Source: Mobula hypostoma
Taxonomy: Eukaryota
Reading direction: 5' to 3'
Length of the DNA: 64,000 nt
Assembly: GCF_963921235.1 (NCBI RefSeq)
Contig: NC_086106.1
Coordinates: forward strand, 19,034,001-19,098,000
Position 1 is the first letter of the stretch. Each line of letters opens with the position of its first letter. Shown one piece after another: positions 13,740 to 25,722 of the stretch. The position numbers and the translations under genes are program-made. The notes under the pieces are model-generated. The model made no database searches. It saw only the letters and a list, made by a program, of their open reading frames with translations, and was not told where the DNA came from.

Positions 13740-16545
13740 TTTTTCAGTGGGCTGCAATCATCTTGAGAGGTCATTCACCGACGATACAGCACAAGGTTTA
13801 AAAACTGCGTCGGTGTTTTCAGGATTTTACAATGGTTTGTAACCAGCACAAGACGTCATTCGCTGGTGACGCAGTGCAATGTTTAAAGAGATTTCAGATG
13901 ATTTTGGAACTTTTTGGTGGGCTACAATCAGTGCGAAAAGTCATTCGAGGGTGACACAGCAAAAGACTTAAAAAGTGTTCAGGTTTTTTTGGGACTGCAA
14001 TCATAACAATCTATGAGGCACTTCACAGGGATGAATAAAAAGAAGCAAGGTGAAAGTGGAGTAGCCACTGTGTGAGTGAACAGTGTTAGAGTGGTCAGGC
14101 TTTGACTAAACAGGCTTCCTTGAAAACTGGTTTTGGCAAACACAGTCGGATATTCTGAGTAAGTTTAGAGTAAGTTTATTTTTTCTGTTAGTACACACCA
14201 ACTGCTCTGACAATAGGTCCAGAGTTATAATAATAAGTATACTGCATTGGATACAGTCGGAGGGGATAACCTACCAGGGGGCAGCCTCAGTGACCTGTTC
14301 TCTGGCACTGAGTCTGTCCCAATGGCTCAGATGGGAAGGTGGGGGTGTGGAAGAGGAGTGCAGCAGTGATAGTGGATTCCATAATCAGAGGAGCAGGCAG
14401 CAGATTCTATGGATGTGAAAGAGACATCCAGATAGTGTGTTGCTTCACAGGTGCCAGGGTCAGGGATGTCTCAGATCAGGTCGAGAGCATTCTAAAGGGG
14501 GAGAGTGAACAGCTGGACGACATGGTATATATTAGTAACAACAACATGGGTAGGAAAAGGAGGAGGTCCTGAAGAGAGAATATCGGGAGTTAGATGGAAA
14601 GCTGAAGAACTGGACATCCAGGGTAGTAATCTCTAGATTGCTGCTTGTGCCATGTACCAGTGAGGGTAAGATTAAGATGACTTGGCAGTTGATTGTGTGG
14701 CAGAAGAATTGGTGCAGGGGCAGTGTTTCAGATTTCTGGACCATTGTGGTCTCTTCTGGGGAATATATGACCTATACAAAAAGGACAGGTTACAACTTGA
14801 ACCCGAGGGGGACCAATATCTTTGCAGGCAGGTTTGCGAGAGCTATTCGGGATGGTTAAAGCTAATTTGGCAGGGGATGAGAACCAGAGTGATAGGGCTG
14901 AGGGTGGGGAAGTTGGTATACAACTAGATGCGGTGTGTAGTGAGGCTGAGGGGAAAGGACAGGCAGATGATAGGCAAAATTGAAGTCATGTGAATAAGTT
15001 AAAGTGTAACAGGGGGCCAAAATCAAAAAGACTGATGAATACAGGACTGAAGGTGTTATATTGGAATACACACAGTATATGGAATAAGGTCTTGTAGCAC
15101 AGTCAGAGATAGGCAGGTATGACTTTGTGAGTATCACTGGGTCATGGCTGAAGACGATCATAGATACACATAGTATCAAAAGTAAAGGCAGGTAGGCAGA
15201 GGGAATGAGGTAGTTCTGTTGGTAAAAAATGAAATCAAATCCTTAGAAAGGGGTGATGTAGTATCAGAAGATGTAGTATCGTTGTAGGCAGAGTTAAGAA
15301 ACTGCAAGGGTAAAAGGATCCTGATGGGAGTTATATACAGGCCTCTGAACAGTAACCAGGATGTGGGCTACAATTTACAATGGGAGAGAGGAAGGGCATG
15401 TAAAAAGGGGAAAGGTACAATACTCATGGGGATTTCAATATGTAGATAGATTGGGAAAATAAGGTTGGTGCTGGATCCCAAGAAAAGAAATTTATAGAAT
15501 GCCTATGAGATTGTTTTTAGAGCAGCTTGTGGTTGAGTCCAAAAGTGGAACAGTAATTATGGATTGGGTGTAGGGTAAATGAACCAAATTTAATTTGGGA
15601 GCTTAAGGTAAAGAACCCTGAGGAAAAATGATCATAATATAATAAAATTCACACTGCAGTTTGAGAAGAAGCTAAAATCAGATGTATCAGTATTATAGTG
15701 CAGTAAAGGGAATTACAGATGCATGAGAGAGGAGCTAGCCACAGTTGATTGGAAGGGGTCAGTAAGGGAGATGTTGACAGAATTGAAAAGGCTTGAGTTT
15801 CTGGGAGAAATTTGGAAGGCACAGGAAAGATGCATCCCAAGGATGAAGAAGTATTCTAAAGGGAGGATGAAACAACCATAACTATGAAAGGAAGTCAAAA
15901 TCAGCACAAAGGAAATGAAAGGGCGTATAATATAGCAAAAACCAACAGAAGGCTTGCTATCTAATATGTGCTATATGCAGTTTGTGCTGTGTATGACTGT
16001 TTATACTGTGTTTTGCTCCTTGGCCGTGGAGAATCACTGCTTTGTTTGTCTATATTGATGGGCATTCACGCCTGGATGAATGACAATAAATGAACTTAAA
16101 CCTGAAGGCAACTAAAATAAGACATAAAGAGAGAAGGGATGAAATATAATGGTAAGCTAGCCAATAATATAAAAGAGGATGCCAGAAGTTTTTTCATACA
16201 TTTATCAAGTAAATGAGAGACCAGAATGGACATTGGACCACTGGAATATTACGCTGGAAAGGTAGCAATGTGGGCAAAGAAATGACAGGAGAACTTAGAA
16301 AATATTTTGTGTCAGTCTTCACTGTGGAACACACTTGCAGAATGCCAGAAATGTAAGAGTGTCAGGGGGCAGAAGTGAGTGTCATTTCTATTACGAAGGA
16401 GAAGGTGCTTAGGATGTTGAAAAGTCTGAAGGCACTTAAATCACCTGGACTTGATGGACGACACCTCAAGGCTCTGAAAGAGGTAGCTGAAGAGACTGTG
16501 GAGGCATTAGTAATGACTTTTCAACAATCATTAGATTCTGAAATG
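13740..16545 (+). mobile_element. Degenerate CR1 LINE with SGNH/esterase-like ORF1 and 5' part of ORF2
   Basis: AVIVDSIIRG...CCFTGARVRDVSD (14339..14572), LNPRGTNIFAGRF (14638..14859), KSPGLDG (16375..16659). Confidence 0.75.
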
Positions 16546-17059
16546 GTTCCACTCATCAGGATAGACTTCTGTGCTCAGTCTGAGCAAACACACTTTCAGT
16601 TGTTGGTGGGAGTCTCCCAACTGCTTCAGAACATAAAATGTATGTGTACATACATTTGAACTGCTCATTCTCATAACATAATCAATAAATCAATCAGATA
16701 CAGTCAATCATCATTACAGTGAGCCTGTTCCTGACACGAGGCAAATGCTCTGTAACCAGGAGAGGGTCTTGCTGTCTCTGTGTCTTTTGCCCTTTGGTTT
16801 TGATTCATGTTGTCTCATTCTGTGTGATAAATGCGAACCTGTTGGTTGGTACAAAGCACAATGTTAGAATTGTATTTCCATATGTAAAGCAGTGTGTTTA
16901 TTCTTTTTAGTAACACAGCTCCACTGGGAGAGCCCCCTGCTCAAATTAAACCTGCCTGTGAAACCTGAAAGGAAGTGTAAGGACTGAGTGTTAATGTTAT
17001 CGCAGAGTTTCAGACATCTGTCAGCTATTAATAACAAATAGTTACTGAGCTTCAAGTAA

Positions 17060-17580
17060 ACCTACAACAAGAACAGTACAGCACAGGAACAGGCCCTTCA
17101 GCCCATGATGACTGTGACAAGCAGAACACCAAATTAAATCTAAACTGAACAATCTGCACAGAATCCATATCCCTCCATATCCTGAATGGTCATGTGCTTT
17201 TTCAAATGTATCTCAACTGTACTATCATGCTGATTCACCACCACTCCTGCCAGTGCATTCCAGGCACCTATCACTCTCTGTGTAAAAATACAACCCACAA
17301 ATCTCCTTTGAATGTTATACCCCTCACCTTAAATCTTTGTCCTTTTGGATATGACACTTTACCCTGGGAAAATGACTGACTGTCGAGCCTGTCGATAAGT
17401 CTCATACTTTTATAAGCCTCTATCAAGTTGCCTCTCAGCCTACGCTCCAGAGTAAACAGTCAAAGATTGTTCAACCTCTCCTTACAGCTCATATTCTCTA
17501 ATCCAGGCAACATGCTCGTCAACATCTTTTACACCTTCTCCAAAGCCGCCACGTCCTTACAATGGGGCAACCAGAACTGA
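17060..17580 (-). mobile_element. CR1 3' end fragment
   Basis: Similar in sequence and orientation to CR1 3' ends at ~27.0 and ~53.9 kb. Confidence 0.55.
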
Positions 17581-18509
17581 GGGTTCATGAAGTTTCACCC
17601 AGGTTAATGCAGGCATGAAACCTATGCTTTAACTTGGAAAAAAGCAATCCGTACTCTCCTCTTACCCAGTCCCATGAAATTCTCCCAGCAGGAACACTGT
17701 CTCCTTGATGCTGGAATGTGCTGGATTTGACTCTTGGGCTCTTTCCTGTGAAAAAAGGGGGGCATTGTTGGCCTCATTAGTAATATGTGACAGGTTTAGA
17801 TGCTCAAATACACCCTGGAAAGGAGGGTCATGAAAAGGTTGAAGGGTAAAGCATATTTCCACATCACAGATGATAAAAATACCTGATAGGGTGGAGGAGA
17901 AAGTCTTCAGGGGGATTAAAACTATTGTAAATAATCATTAATCATCCAACTTGGATTATTCATCCAGAGGATGGGGAGAATATAGATCTCTCCCACAGAA
18001 GTGAATGTTGTGAAAGGGAACAGAAGAGGAAGTTAACCCAGATGCACAAAGATGGAGTGACTGGAGGTTCCTGCAGAAAATAAACAATGGCATGAAATAA
18101 TTGGTCTGAATCTGCTCCTGTGCTGTATGTTTCATTTAAGTCTGTGTATTACCAGAGTCACGGGAGAGAAACAAAATCTATTGAGTTTCCTTTCCTTCAC
18201 CATGTTCCTGTCCCACTCTCTTTATCTCCTCCTGGGACTTTCAGCCTCCTGTTCCTCCCACACTTTCTGCATATCCACATTGTTTCTCTCTCATTTCCTC
18301 CTTTCCCTTTCTGTCACCCCTCTTATCCTCTTCCTCCTTCGCTCTCTGTATGTTCCTCTCTCTTTATTTTCCCTTCACTTTTCTGTCTATCACCCAACCC
18401 CAAACTCTTTCTCAGGAGCTGTTGTTTCCCAGTGGCAGCAGTTGGGCCCAGACCGGTCACCTACGGTCAGGAATATCAGATCATCAGACTCAACTAGTTT
18501 CTGCCTTCA

Positions 18510-19400
18510 CTCCCATCAGTATCAGAAGCAGGTTTAATATCACTGACATATGTAGTGAAATTTGTTGTGTTGTGGCAGCAGTACAGTGCAACACATAAAA
18601 ACCATAAATTACAATAAGATACATGTATATATAACTCATGCAAATCGAGAGCAAAAATAGGAGAGAGTGTTCATAAGTTGGTTCATTGCCTGTTCAGAAA
18701 TCTGATGGCAGAGGGGAAGAAGCTGTTCCTGAAATGTTGAGTGTGTGTCTCCAGGCTCCTGTATCTCCTCTCCGATGGCAGTAATAAGAAGAGAACATGT
18801 CCGGTATGATGTGGGTCTTTAATGATGGAATTGGCTTTTTGAGGCATTGCCTTTTGAAGATATGCTCAATGCTGGGGAAGATGGTGCCCGTGATGGAGCT
18901 GGCTGAGTTTGCAACTCTCTGCAGCTTTTTCTGACCCTGTGCAGTGGCCTGTCTGTACCAGACGGTGATGCAACCACATCCAATGCTCTCCATAGCACAT
19001 CTGTAGAAATTTGCTAGATATTGGGTGAAACACCAAATCATCTCAAACTCCTAATGAAATTTAACCTCTAATGTTCTTTCTTTGTCATTTCATCAATAAG
19101 TTGGACCCAGGATAGATCTTCAGTAATATTGACAGCCAGGAATTTGAAACTGCTCACCCTTTCCACTGCTGATCCCTCAATGATACCTGGTGTGTGTCCC
19201 CACGTTCCCTTCCCGAAGCCCACAATCAAATCATTATTCTTACTGACATTGGTTGAAGATCGTTGGTGTGACACCACTCAACCAGCCAATCGATCTCACT
19301 TCTGTACCCCTCCTCGTCACCATCTGAGATTCTGCCAACAACAGATAAATTCAAAGATGGCATTTGAGCTGTGCCGAGCCACACAGTCATGGGTGTAGAG
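18510..19400 (-). mobile_element. Rex1/Babar LINE 3' fragment
   Basis: NFYRCAMESIGCGCITVWY (18694..19041) and AVERVSSFKFLAVNITEDLSW (19068..19277). Confidence 0.75.
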
Positions 19401-19535
19401 AGAGTAGAGTGGAGCATGTCCCATATCTCAATTCAGAATGGGACAGAGGCAGTGGGAGCTGGAATGGGATAGCCAGCTGTGAGACGTTCAACTTGCGGCT
19501 GTAAGTCGAGAAAGTTTAAACAACAACCTGGAATT

Positions 19536-19775
19536 GCCAGCTGGTGGAGTAGCGGCATCAGTGCTGGACTTCAGGGTGAGAGGTCCTGAGTTCGAATCCA
19601 GCCGGCTCCCTTGCACGCTCTCCCTTGCACGGTTGAGTGTCGAGCTAACAACTCAACCTCATAATAAAAATCCTGGAGCGGGATGGGCTCCGCCAAGTTT
19701 CAGATGCCCAATACACACCGTACGATAAGCATACTGAGAAAGCTTGTCATGACGGCGACCCGACGACACACACAC
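19536..19775 (+). mobile_element. tRNA-derived SINE
   Basis: A-box-like TGGAGTAGCGG near 19545, B box GAGTTCGAATCC at 19588-19599, CA-repeat tail; no complete tRNA cloverleaf seen. Confidence 0.7.
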
Positions 19776-21354
19776 AATAAATACAAGCCAATGGTAGGTC
19801 GAGGCAGGTACATATGAAAATACTCAGGTGTGCTGAGAAACATAAGGAGGTAAACTGCCCACAGTCACAGAGGTTGTTGTTTGGTGAGCTCGTGTTTCAA
19901 GGGAGGTTTTGTTTCTGCTGTGTCAGCTGACTGACACAGATTCCATAAGGGAATGACCAATCCCAGCGGACAGAGAGGGAATGTGGTACGTTCTCTTTGG
20001 ATGAGAGACCACTGGCGGGTTTGGGTTCTAATTAATCCTGAGGATGAATTTAAGCTAAAGGTCTCAGTGTGCTACAGTTAATGGGGAAAACAGGGATACA
20101 GAGGGGTGGATATTACACTGGTATGGAGTAGAGATCTAACTAGACCACATCTGGAGCACTGGCTGTGATTCTTGACCTCGCCCCTCAGGAGGGATGTGTT
20201 TTCCTTGGAGAGTGGGGTGTGTGGACCAGGGCCAGTGAAGTGCTGCTGGGACTGTGATAGAATATTAGATCTGGTCTCTTGTTCCCTGGAGTGTGGAAAA
20301 TTGAAGGCCAGTGTAATTGGGGAGTTTAAAAACATTCAAGAATGGTGCAGAACAAGCATCTGTTACTTCAAGATATACTGGGCACCGGAAAGCTGGAACT
20401 CTCCCTGGGAATTGGTCAAGACTAGGTGGGCAGGGGGAGGTGTCAGTTGAAATATCAGAATTAATAGAATTTTGCTTGAGTTCAACTATTAAAATATGAG
20501 CCAAGGAGGGTAAAGGGAGATCAGACGTAGGTCAGCTTTGGAGGGAATAGGTGGAAGGGCTGAGCAATCTCCTTCTGACACTCAGTGCACGGGATAAATT
20601 TGAACAGAATCTCTGTGTGCAGCTGTTGATTTACCAGAAACACATTTCATATTTTCATTCTTGACAGGTGGGTGAAACTGGGCAGTGATATCAGGGATAT
20701 TTCCCTCTCAGCTTCCTGTCGGAGATGTGGTTTGAATTAATCTGAACAGGGGGCCTTCCAGAGGAAATAGGATTACCAAAAAGAACAAGCTTTCTGCTCA
20801 AGGCATGGAAATACAGTACTTTTTCAATTCAGGGACCAATACCAATTAACAATTCATGTATTACTGAAAAGCGGATTGACTCATGGGCTGAAAGTCTGAA
20901 GGGAAAAGGGGTCCATGCAAGTATGGAGACATCTGTCCTCTGAGAAGTAACAATATAAAGCTGACTTCAACCAAACTTAAATATTGGGTTCTATGGAAAG
21001 AAAACAGAGATTGGCTCAGATTGAAGGTGGTGCTTATTTACGCTGCAAGCAGGAAATTCATGCTCTGGCCCAATGCCTTTATACAAATCTGCTCCAGAAC
21101 AGATACAACACTGACATCTGCACAAGAATGGGAAAAATTGTCCAGTATGTCCATTGTCAAAATACAGGATAAATCTAATTAGATAATAATAGCCCAAATT
21201 CATCTACTCAATCTACAGTAAAGTGATGGGAACCATTGTTGACATTGTTGGAAAGTGGCTCTTACTCACCAAATAACCAAATCACCGGTGACCAGTTCAG
21301 GTTTTACTTGGACCACTTCGTTTTTCATTGGTCAATCTTGTTGTCTTATCCATT

Positions 21355-21685
21355 GCTATCAATTCCTCTGGCAACATTCCAGGCATCAACCGCAATTTTG
21401 CCTCAAATCTCACTTAAACTTTTCCCCTTCACCTGAAATCTCTGCCCAATGGCATTCGACATTTCTAGTCTAGAAAAAAGTCTGTGACTGTCTACGCTCC
21501 TCAAAAATTTACATACTTCTGTCAGTCCATCCCACAGTCTCCAAACCTCCAGTAAAAGCAGTCCAAGTTTATCCAACCTTTCCTTACAGCGAATATGCTC
21601 CAATCCAAACAACACTCGACTGAATCCACTCTTCACCCTCTCCAAAGCATCCACATCATTCCTGTAAAGCAATGACTAGAACTTC
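21355..21685 (-). mobile_element. CR1 3' fragment
   Basis: ORF 21403..21672(-): DVDALERVK...RLDKLGLL...RLFSR. Confidence 0.6.
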
Positions 21686-21689
21686 ATCT

Positions 21690-22720
21690 GCTCCAAACGT
21701 GGTGTGGTGTTAACTCTGCATCCACTGTTTGTAGAAGATGTCCTTTTCTTCAATGTCACTCTTGTTATTTGGAGCATAACACTGGATCACAGTCATGTTC
21801 ACTTGCTTCACTCTCAGTCTGACTCTCACCAGCCGACTGTTGATTGGTTTTCACTCCAGTGGGCACTTCTCAATGCCTTTCTTCAAAATGACAGGTACAC
21901 CATCACGACGCTGACCATCCTCCCTTCCTGAATATAAAACTGTTTCACCAGTTGCTGCCTTTCATCTGCCAGACCCTGTCCATCTGCTGTCACTGATGTC
22001 AGTGTATGTTGGCTGTAACGACACATTACTGTGGTTATTTGTGCAAGCTTGCCAGTGTTGTACATGGTTCGTACATTCCAAAAAACATTTTTGGTCTTGG
22101 TCTTGGCAAAGTTCATGGCTCCCTTCACCATACCCGTAGCTTCCTCTCTGTTTTCACTCCTGTCAGCCATGCAAGTCAGCGGGTGCTGATTAGGGAACAC
22201 CATCACACTCAGATGTAGAAGTATTCTTCATTGCTGTTTCCGTAACTGTGACGAGAGTCCTTGATGAGGATGGTTTGGACCCAAATGCTGGAGTATCCGA
22301 AGCAAAAATCGAGACACGGAATCAAACTGGATCAAGAACTGAGCACAAAACAAACATTGGACCATATCACGAGTAGGGCTTATGATTGAGCACTGAACAT
22401 CAGTTCAAGTGTTCTTTAAATACTCAATTCTTGGTGCCCAAAACCTGATTGCCAATCAGCAGGATCATCCTGAACATTAAAGGAGCTGTAACCATCTATC
22501 CATACTCCAGAGAGTTAGAAAGTCTAAATCCTGGAAGCTGGCACGGTTGGGAGTATCTCGAAACAATAACAATTTTTCTTTTTGACTAGTCAGGTTCATT
22601 AAGCCTGACCTGTAACTCCAAACCTGGAGGAACTGTGGGCCACTCTTTGTCTGGCCTCTAACCTTTGACCTGTTTGGCATGGGTGACCCTACCAAGAGCT
22701 AAAGGACAAGGCCCCCATTC
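21690..22720 (-). mobile_element. RTE-clade LINE 5' fragment interrupted by a solo LTR
   Basis: ORF 21883..22206(-) contains WNVRTMYNTGKLAQI, the start of an RTE-type APE endonuclease. Confidence 0.65.
22247..22565 (-). mobile_element. Solo LTR of the Gypsy family found at 58465
   Basis: TG...CA termini; aligns by eye to the reverse complement of 58465-58752 (e.g. GAGAGTCCTTGATGAGGATGGTTTGGACC, AATACTCAATTCTTGG); flanked by GTAAC/ATAAC, a near-perfect 5-bp TSD. Confidence 0.75.
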
Positions 22721-23863
22721 AAGCCAACATAGATCTCTGGCTCACTGAGGCACTCAAGCCTACAGCAAGTTTATGGTCCTCTTGGAGGAAAAAAAGAGAT
22801 TCACCATTTTGATTGGTGCCATGGTGGGGTTGTTGTGTCAGGTGGATATAAAAGGTTTGGAAAGTTCTCCACTATCTGTCCCAACATTGATCCCTCAACC
22901 AGCATCACAGAATGTCAGATCTCTTTATACCTCATTGCTGTTTCAGAGAGGTTGCTCTGTGTAATTTGGGTCCCACCTTCTCTCCGTGACAACAGAGACT
23001 CTACTTCAAAAGGTACTTCATTGTCTGCAGAAACTGCACCGGTTTGCCGTGGAGTCATGAAAGCTGCTGAGTGATGACAAATCACCTCGAGAGGGGGGAG
23101 CTTTGGTTTGATTAGGAATTCAGTCATCGTAGTTTATATTTTACTGATGATGCAAGATTTGGTGCACACAACATTCCCATCACCAGGGTGGGTAACCAAA
23201 ATTACCCATCTTTCTGATCTGCACCCTGAATGCCCTCCCCCAGTCAGTTTCGTTTCAATACGGACCGTTCAGCTGCGCTTGTCTGCCAACCCACTGGGGA
23301 GCATCCTGTTACCAGCAACAACAACTTCTCCAGTTGTGTGGCTTCAGCTCCCGAGTTCCCTCATCAAACATCCTGTTCCTCTCACCGGCTGAAACAGGTC
23401 CAAGAGCTATTGTGGGGAGAATTGCTGAGAGCTTGGCCGTGAAATTCATGGTGCCAGGTCCCTGACAGAGAAGATATCTCATAAGTGTAAATTCCACCCA
23501 TTTCCACCATGTTTAACACTGATTTTTGTAACACTTCTTATTGTTTAATACATTTTCCTGCAAAGACAGTCTCAGACTGTCTCTAATAAGATTATCTGTC
23601 CACTGACTGGTGTCTCTCATTCTCTCTCGCTGGGATTCTGTGTGTTTCAGTTTACACAAACTGTTCATTGCTGAAATTGATGGATCGAGCATTTAATCCG
23701 GATCTGGTCACGGCCGCTGACCTGCCGCCTGTTGCAGAGACAAACATCTTTTGGGGAATTGAAATCGTTGCTGTGGGTGGGGACAGGAAGCCGCGCCTCT
23801 GGTTTCGGTGTGTGAGAGCCTGTTCAAATCGCGGCTCCCTCTCTCACTCACAGCGCACGTCCC

Positions 23864-23871
23864 TATTTAAA
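23864..23871 (+). promoter_or_regulatory. TATA-like box of VH promoter
   Basis: TATTTAAA about 95 bp upstream of the leader ATG. I saw no ATGCAAAT/ATTTGCAT octamer nearby, consistent with the known lack of the octamer in shark VH promoters. Confidence 0.55.
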
Positions 23872-23959
23872 CAGCGCTCACTGCGGCTCCGGACAAAGCC
23901 GGCCTGAGCTGCAGTCGCCGATCTCAACAGTGTCCAAGTCCGGCTCAGTGTTCAGGGCG

Positions 23960-24005
23960 ATGGGGGTCGTTCCTTATCTCTGTCTCCTCCTGTCTTGTCT
24001 GGCAG
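23960..24005 (+). CDS. IgW: IgH leader (signal peptide) exon
   Basis: ATG at 23960, MGVVPYLCLLLSCLA+G, phase-1 donor G|GTGGG at 24006; 108-bp intron ending TTGACAG at 24113. Confidence 0.93.
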
Positions 24006-24113
24006 GTGGGTGTCCCGCGGCTTGTCGCCCAACCGGGACCGGCTGTTTCGCGGAGGCTTTGTGAACCTCTGCCCGTGGAACATTTTATTAATTTCTGCTC
24101 TTTTTATTGACAG

Positions 24114-24411
24114 GCGTGCGGTCCGACATCGTGCTGACACAGCCCGAGTCAGCGGTGGTAAAGCCCGGACAGTCCCACAGACTGACCTGTGCGGTCAGTG
24201 GGTTCAGCCTCAGCAGCTATGGCATGAGCTGGGTGAAACAGGTCTCCGGGAAAGGGCTGGAGTGGCTGGTAGCGTATTATAGTGAAAGTAGCAAGTACTA
24301 CGCGCCTGGAGTCCAGAGCCGGTTCACCGCTTCCAAGGACAGCAGCAACTTTTATCTGCAAATGAACAACCTGAGACTGGACGACACGGCCACCTATTAC
24401 TGTGCGAGAGA
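24114..24411 (+). CDS. IgW: Germline VH segment, open
   Basis: (G)[98 protein letters not shown]; canonical Cys, Trp, GLEW and YYCAR. Confidence 0.97.
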
Positions 24412-24450
24412 CACAGTGAGAGAGACCGGGACTGGACCGGGACAAAAACC
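24412..24450 (+). other. VH 23-bp-spacer RSS
   Basis: CACAGTG (24412-18), 23 nt, ACAAAAACC (24442-50): perfect consensus. Confidence 0.98.
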
Positions 24451-24819
24451 CAGCGAGAGCGCCTTCCCTTCGGGCGCTGAGGGAAAGGACAGCAGTGATC
24501 GCCACAGCTGTATCCCGGTCGTTCCGGGCCACATCCGCTCGTCCACTCAACGGAAGGCGGGTTGTCAGCGGGGATTCCCGAGAAGAGATGCTGGACGGAT
24601 GGACCGAGGGGCTCAGCGGATCACTTCAGAGGGGAGCTCGGAGCCAAGCGCGTGAGTGGGAATGGGATCACCGATCGACCTGGTCGGGAGTCGGTCCTTC
24701 GTCTACACGTGACAGTAAATGGTCGGGCTGTGAGGAACATTAATGATCAGAGACACTTTGGTGTTCTGCTGCGGTTTGACTGAGGAGTGACTGTGCTGGG
24801 AGACTGTGAGAGGGGAGGA

Positions 24820-24901
24820 GGTTATCGTACGGCGGTGTATCACTGTGACTACTATGGGATGACACAGTGTGAGAGATGGCGGCTCCCTCCATACACAAAC
24901 C
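24820..24901 (+). other. D1 segment (ACTACTATGGGATGA, 24848-24862) with 5' 12-RSS and 3' 23-RSS
   Basis: GGTTATCGT-12-CACTGTG / 15 nt / CACAGTG-23-ACACAAACC. Confidence 0.93.
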
Positions 24902-25236
24902 TACCGCAACAAAACTCTTTAAATCCGGCTCTTCGGGCGTCTCCAGCGGCCTTCACCCCGGGATCCGTGGATATAAATCAGATCCCGAGTGGATAATCTG
25001 GGAGTGGGTACAAGTTCCACCGGAGATGTGTCTGGAAGGGAACGGGACCACCGAGAAGGAGCTGTCAGTGGAAGCCCAGTGAAAGGTCCCGGTGGGTTAT
25101 ATCATCTCCACTTCAGCACTGGGATGGCCGAGACTGAAACCCGCTGCGTGGGACACCCGGACACAGAGGGAGGGTTTAATAAATCCGCTGGCCGGCTCTG
25201 GGATCCACTGGATTTCGGGCTGGATGTGATGAGGGC

Positions 25237-25300
25237 GGTTTGTGGCCTGCGGTGAAGCACCGTGATATGGAGCACGGTGATGGGGAGCCGAACAGAAACT
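25237..25300 (+). other. D2 segment (ATATGGAG, 25265-25272) with 12/12 RSSs
   Basis: GGTTTGTGG-12-CACCGTG / 8 nt / CACGGTG-12-ACAGAAACT. Confidence 0.9.
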
Positions 25301-25635
25301 GGTCCCGACAAAGGAGCGTCTGCAGCGCCGTCTGTCTCCACGGATTCCGCATTGCTGCTTCCCAGAGTCAAATCCCTGAAGCCTCACTCGGACTGCTGGG
25401 CACAAATGTCCATTTCTGGACAATTAAAAGCCCAAAATGATTCGACTCTGATTCTGGGGAATGGCGGGAGCCGTTGTCCGCAGACAAGAAAACTGTGAAA
25501 ATGCCTCTCTTACTCACACGCCAGGAAGGGACAAGGACGGAGTTTGGGATGGAAATCCAGGAAGCGGCTGCTCCCGGTCCGGACAGGGATCTTGTTGACA
25601 TTTTGCTGAGATTATTGGATGTGACGGGCAAGTGA

Positions 25636-25674
25636 AGCTACTGCACTGGGTGAATGGGGAGACGGAGCACCGTG
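25636..25674 (-). other. JH RSS (good heptamer, degenerate nonamer)
   Basis: CACCGTG at 25668-74 abuts J; at 23-nt spacing the nonamer reads AGCTACTGC (4/9 match to GGTTTTTGT). Confidence 0.7.
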
Positions 25675-25722
25675 ACTATCTTGACTACTGGGGCGGAGGA
25701 ACCTCGCTGACAGTGACTTCAG
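25675..25722 (+). CDS. IgW: JH segment
   Basis: YLDYWGGGTSLTVTS with WGxG motif; phase-1 donor AG|GTAAG at 25723. Confidence 0.96.

Noticed and set aside
19536-19610. tRNA gene
   Set aside because: A/B boxes are present but continue into a SINE body and CA-repeat tail; no complete cloverleaf.
177-23500. Numerous 60-160 aa ORFs upstream of VH as host genes
   Set aside because: They are fragments or antisense/alternate frames of CR1, Rex1, RTE and Penelope elements or low-complexity sequence; no coherent exon chain found.
24419-24655. 82-codon read-through of the VH ORF beyond YYCARD
   Set aside because: Runs through the RSS and GC-rich V-D spacer; an artefact of low stop-codon frequency.
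24770-24810. Possible extra D segment (GACTGTG at 24789 and 24802)
   Set aside because: No acceptable nonamer at 12- or 23-nt spacing and no matching 3' RSS.
25095-25170. Possible decayed D segment (GGTTATATC-13-CACTGGG)
   Set aside because: Spacer is 13 nt, the heptamer lacks the essential terminal GTG, and there is no 3' RSS.
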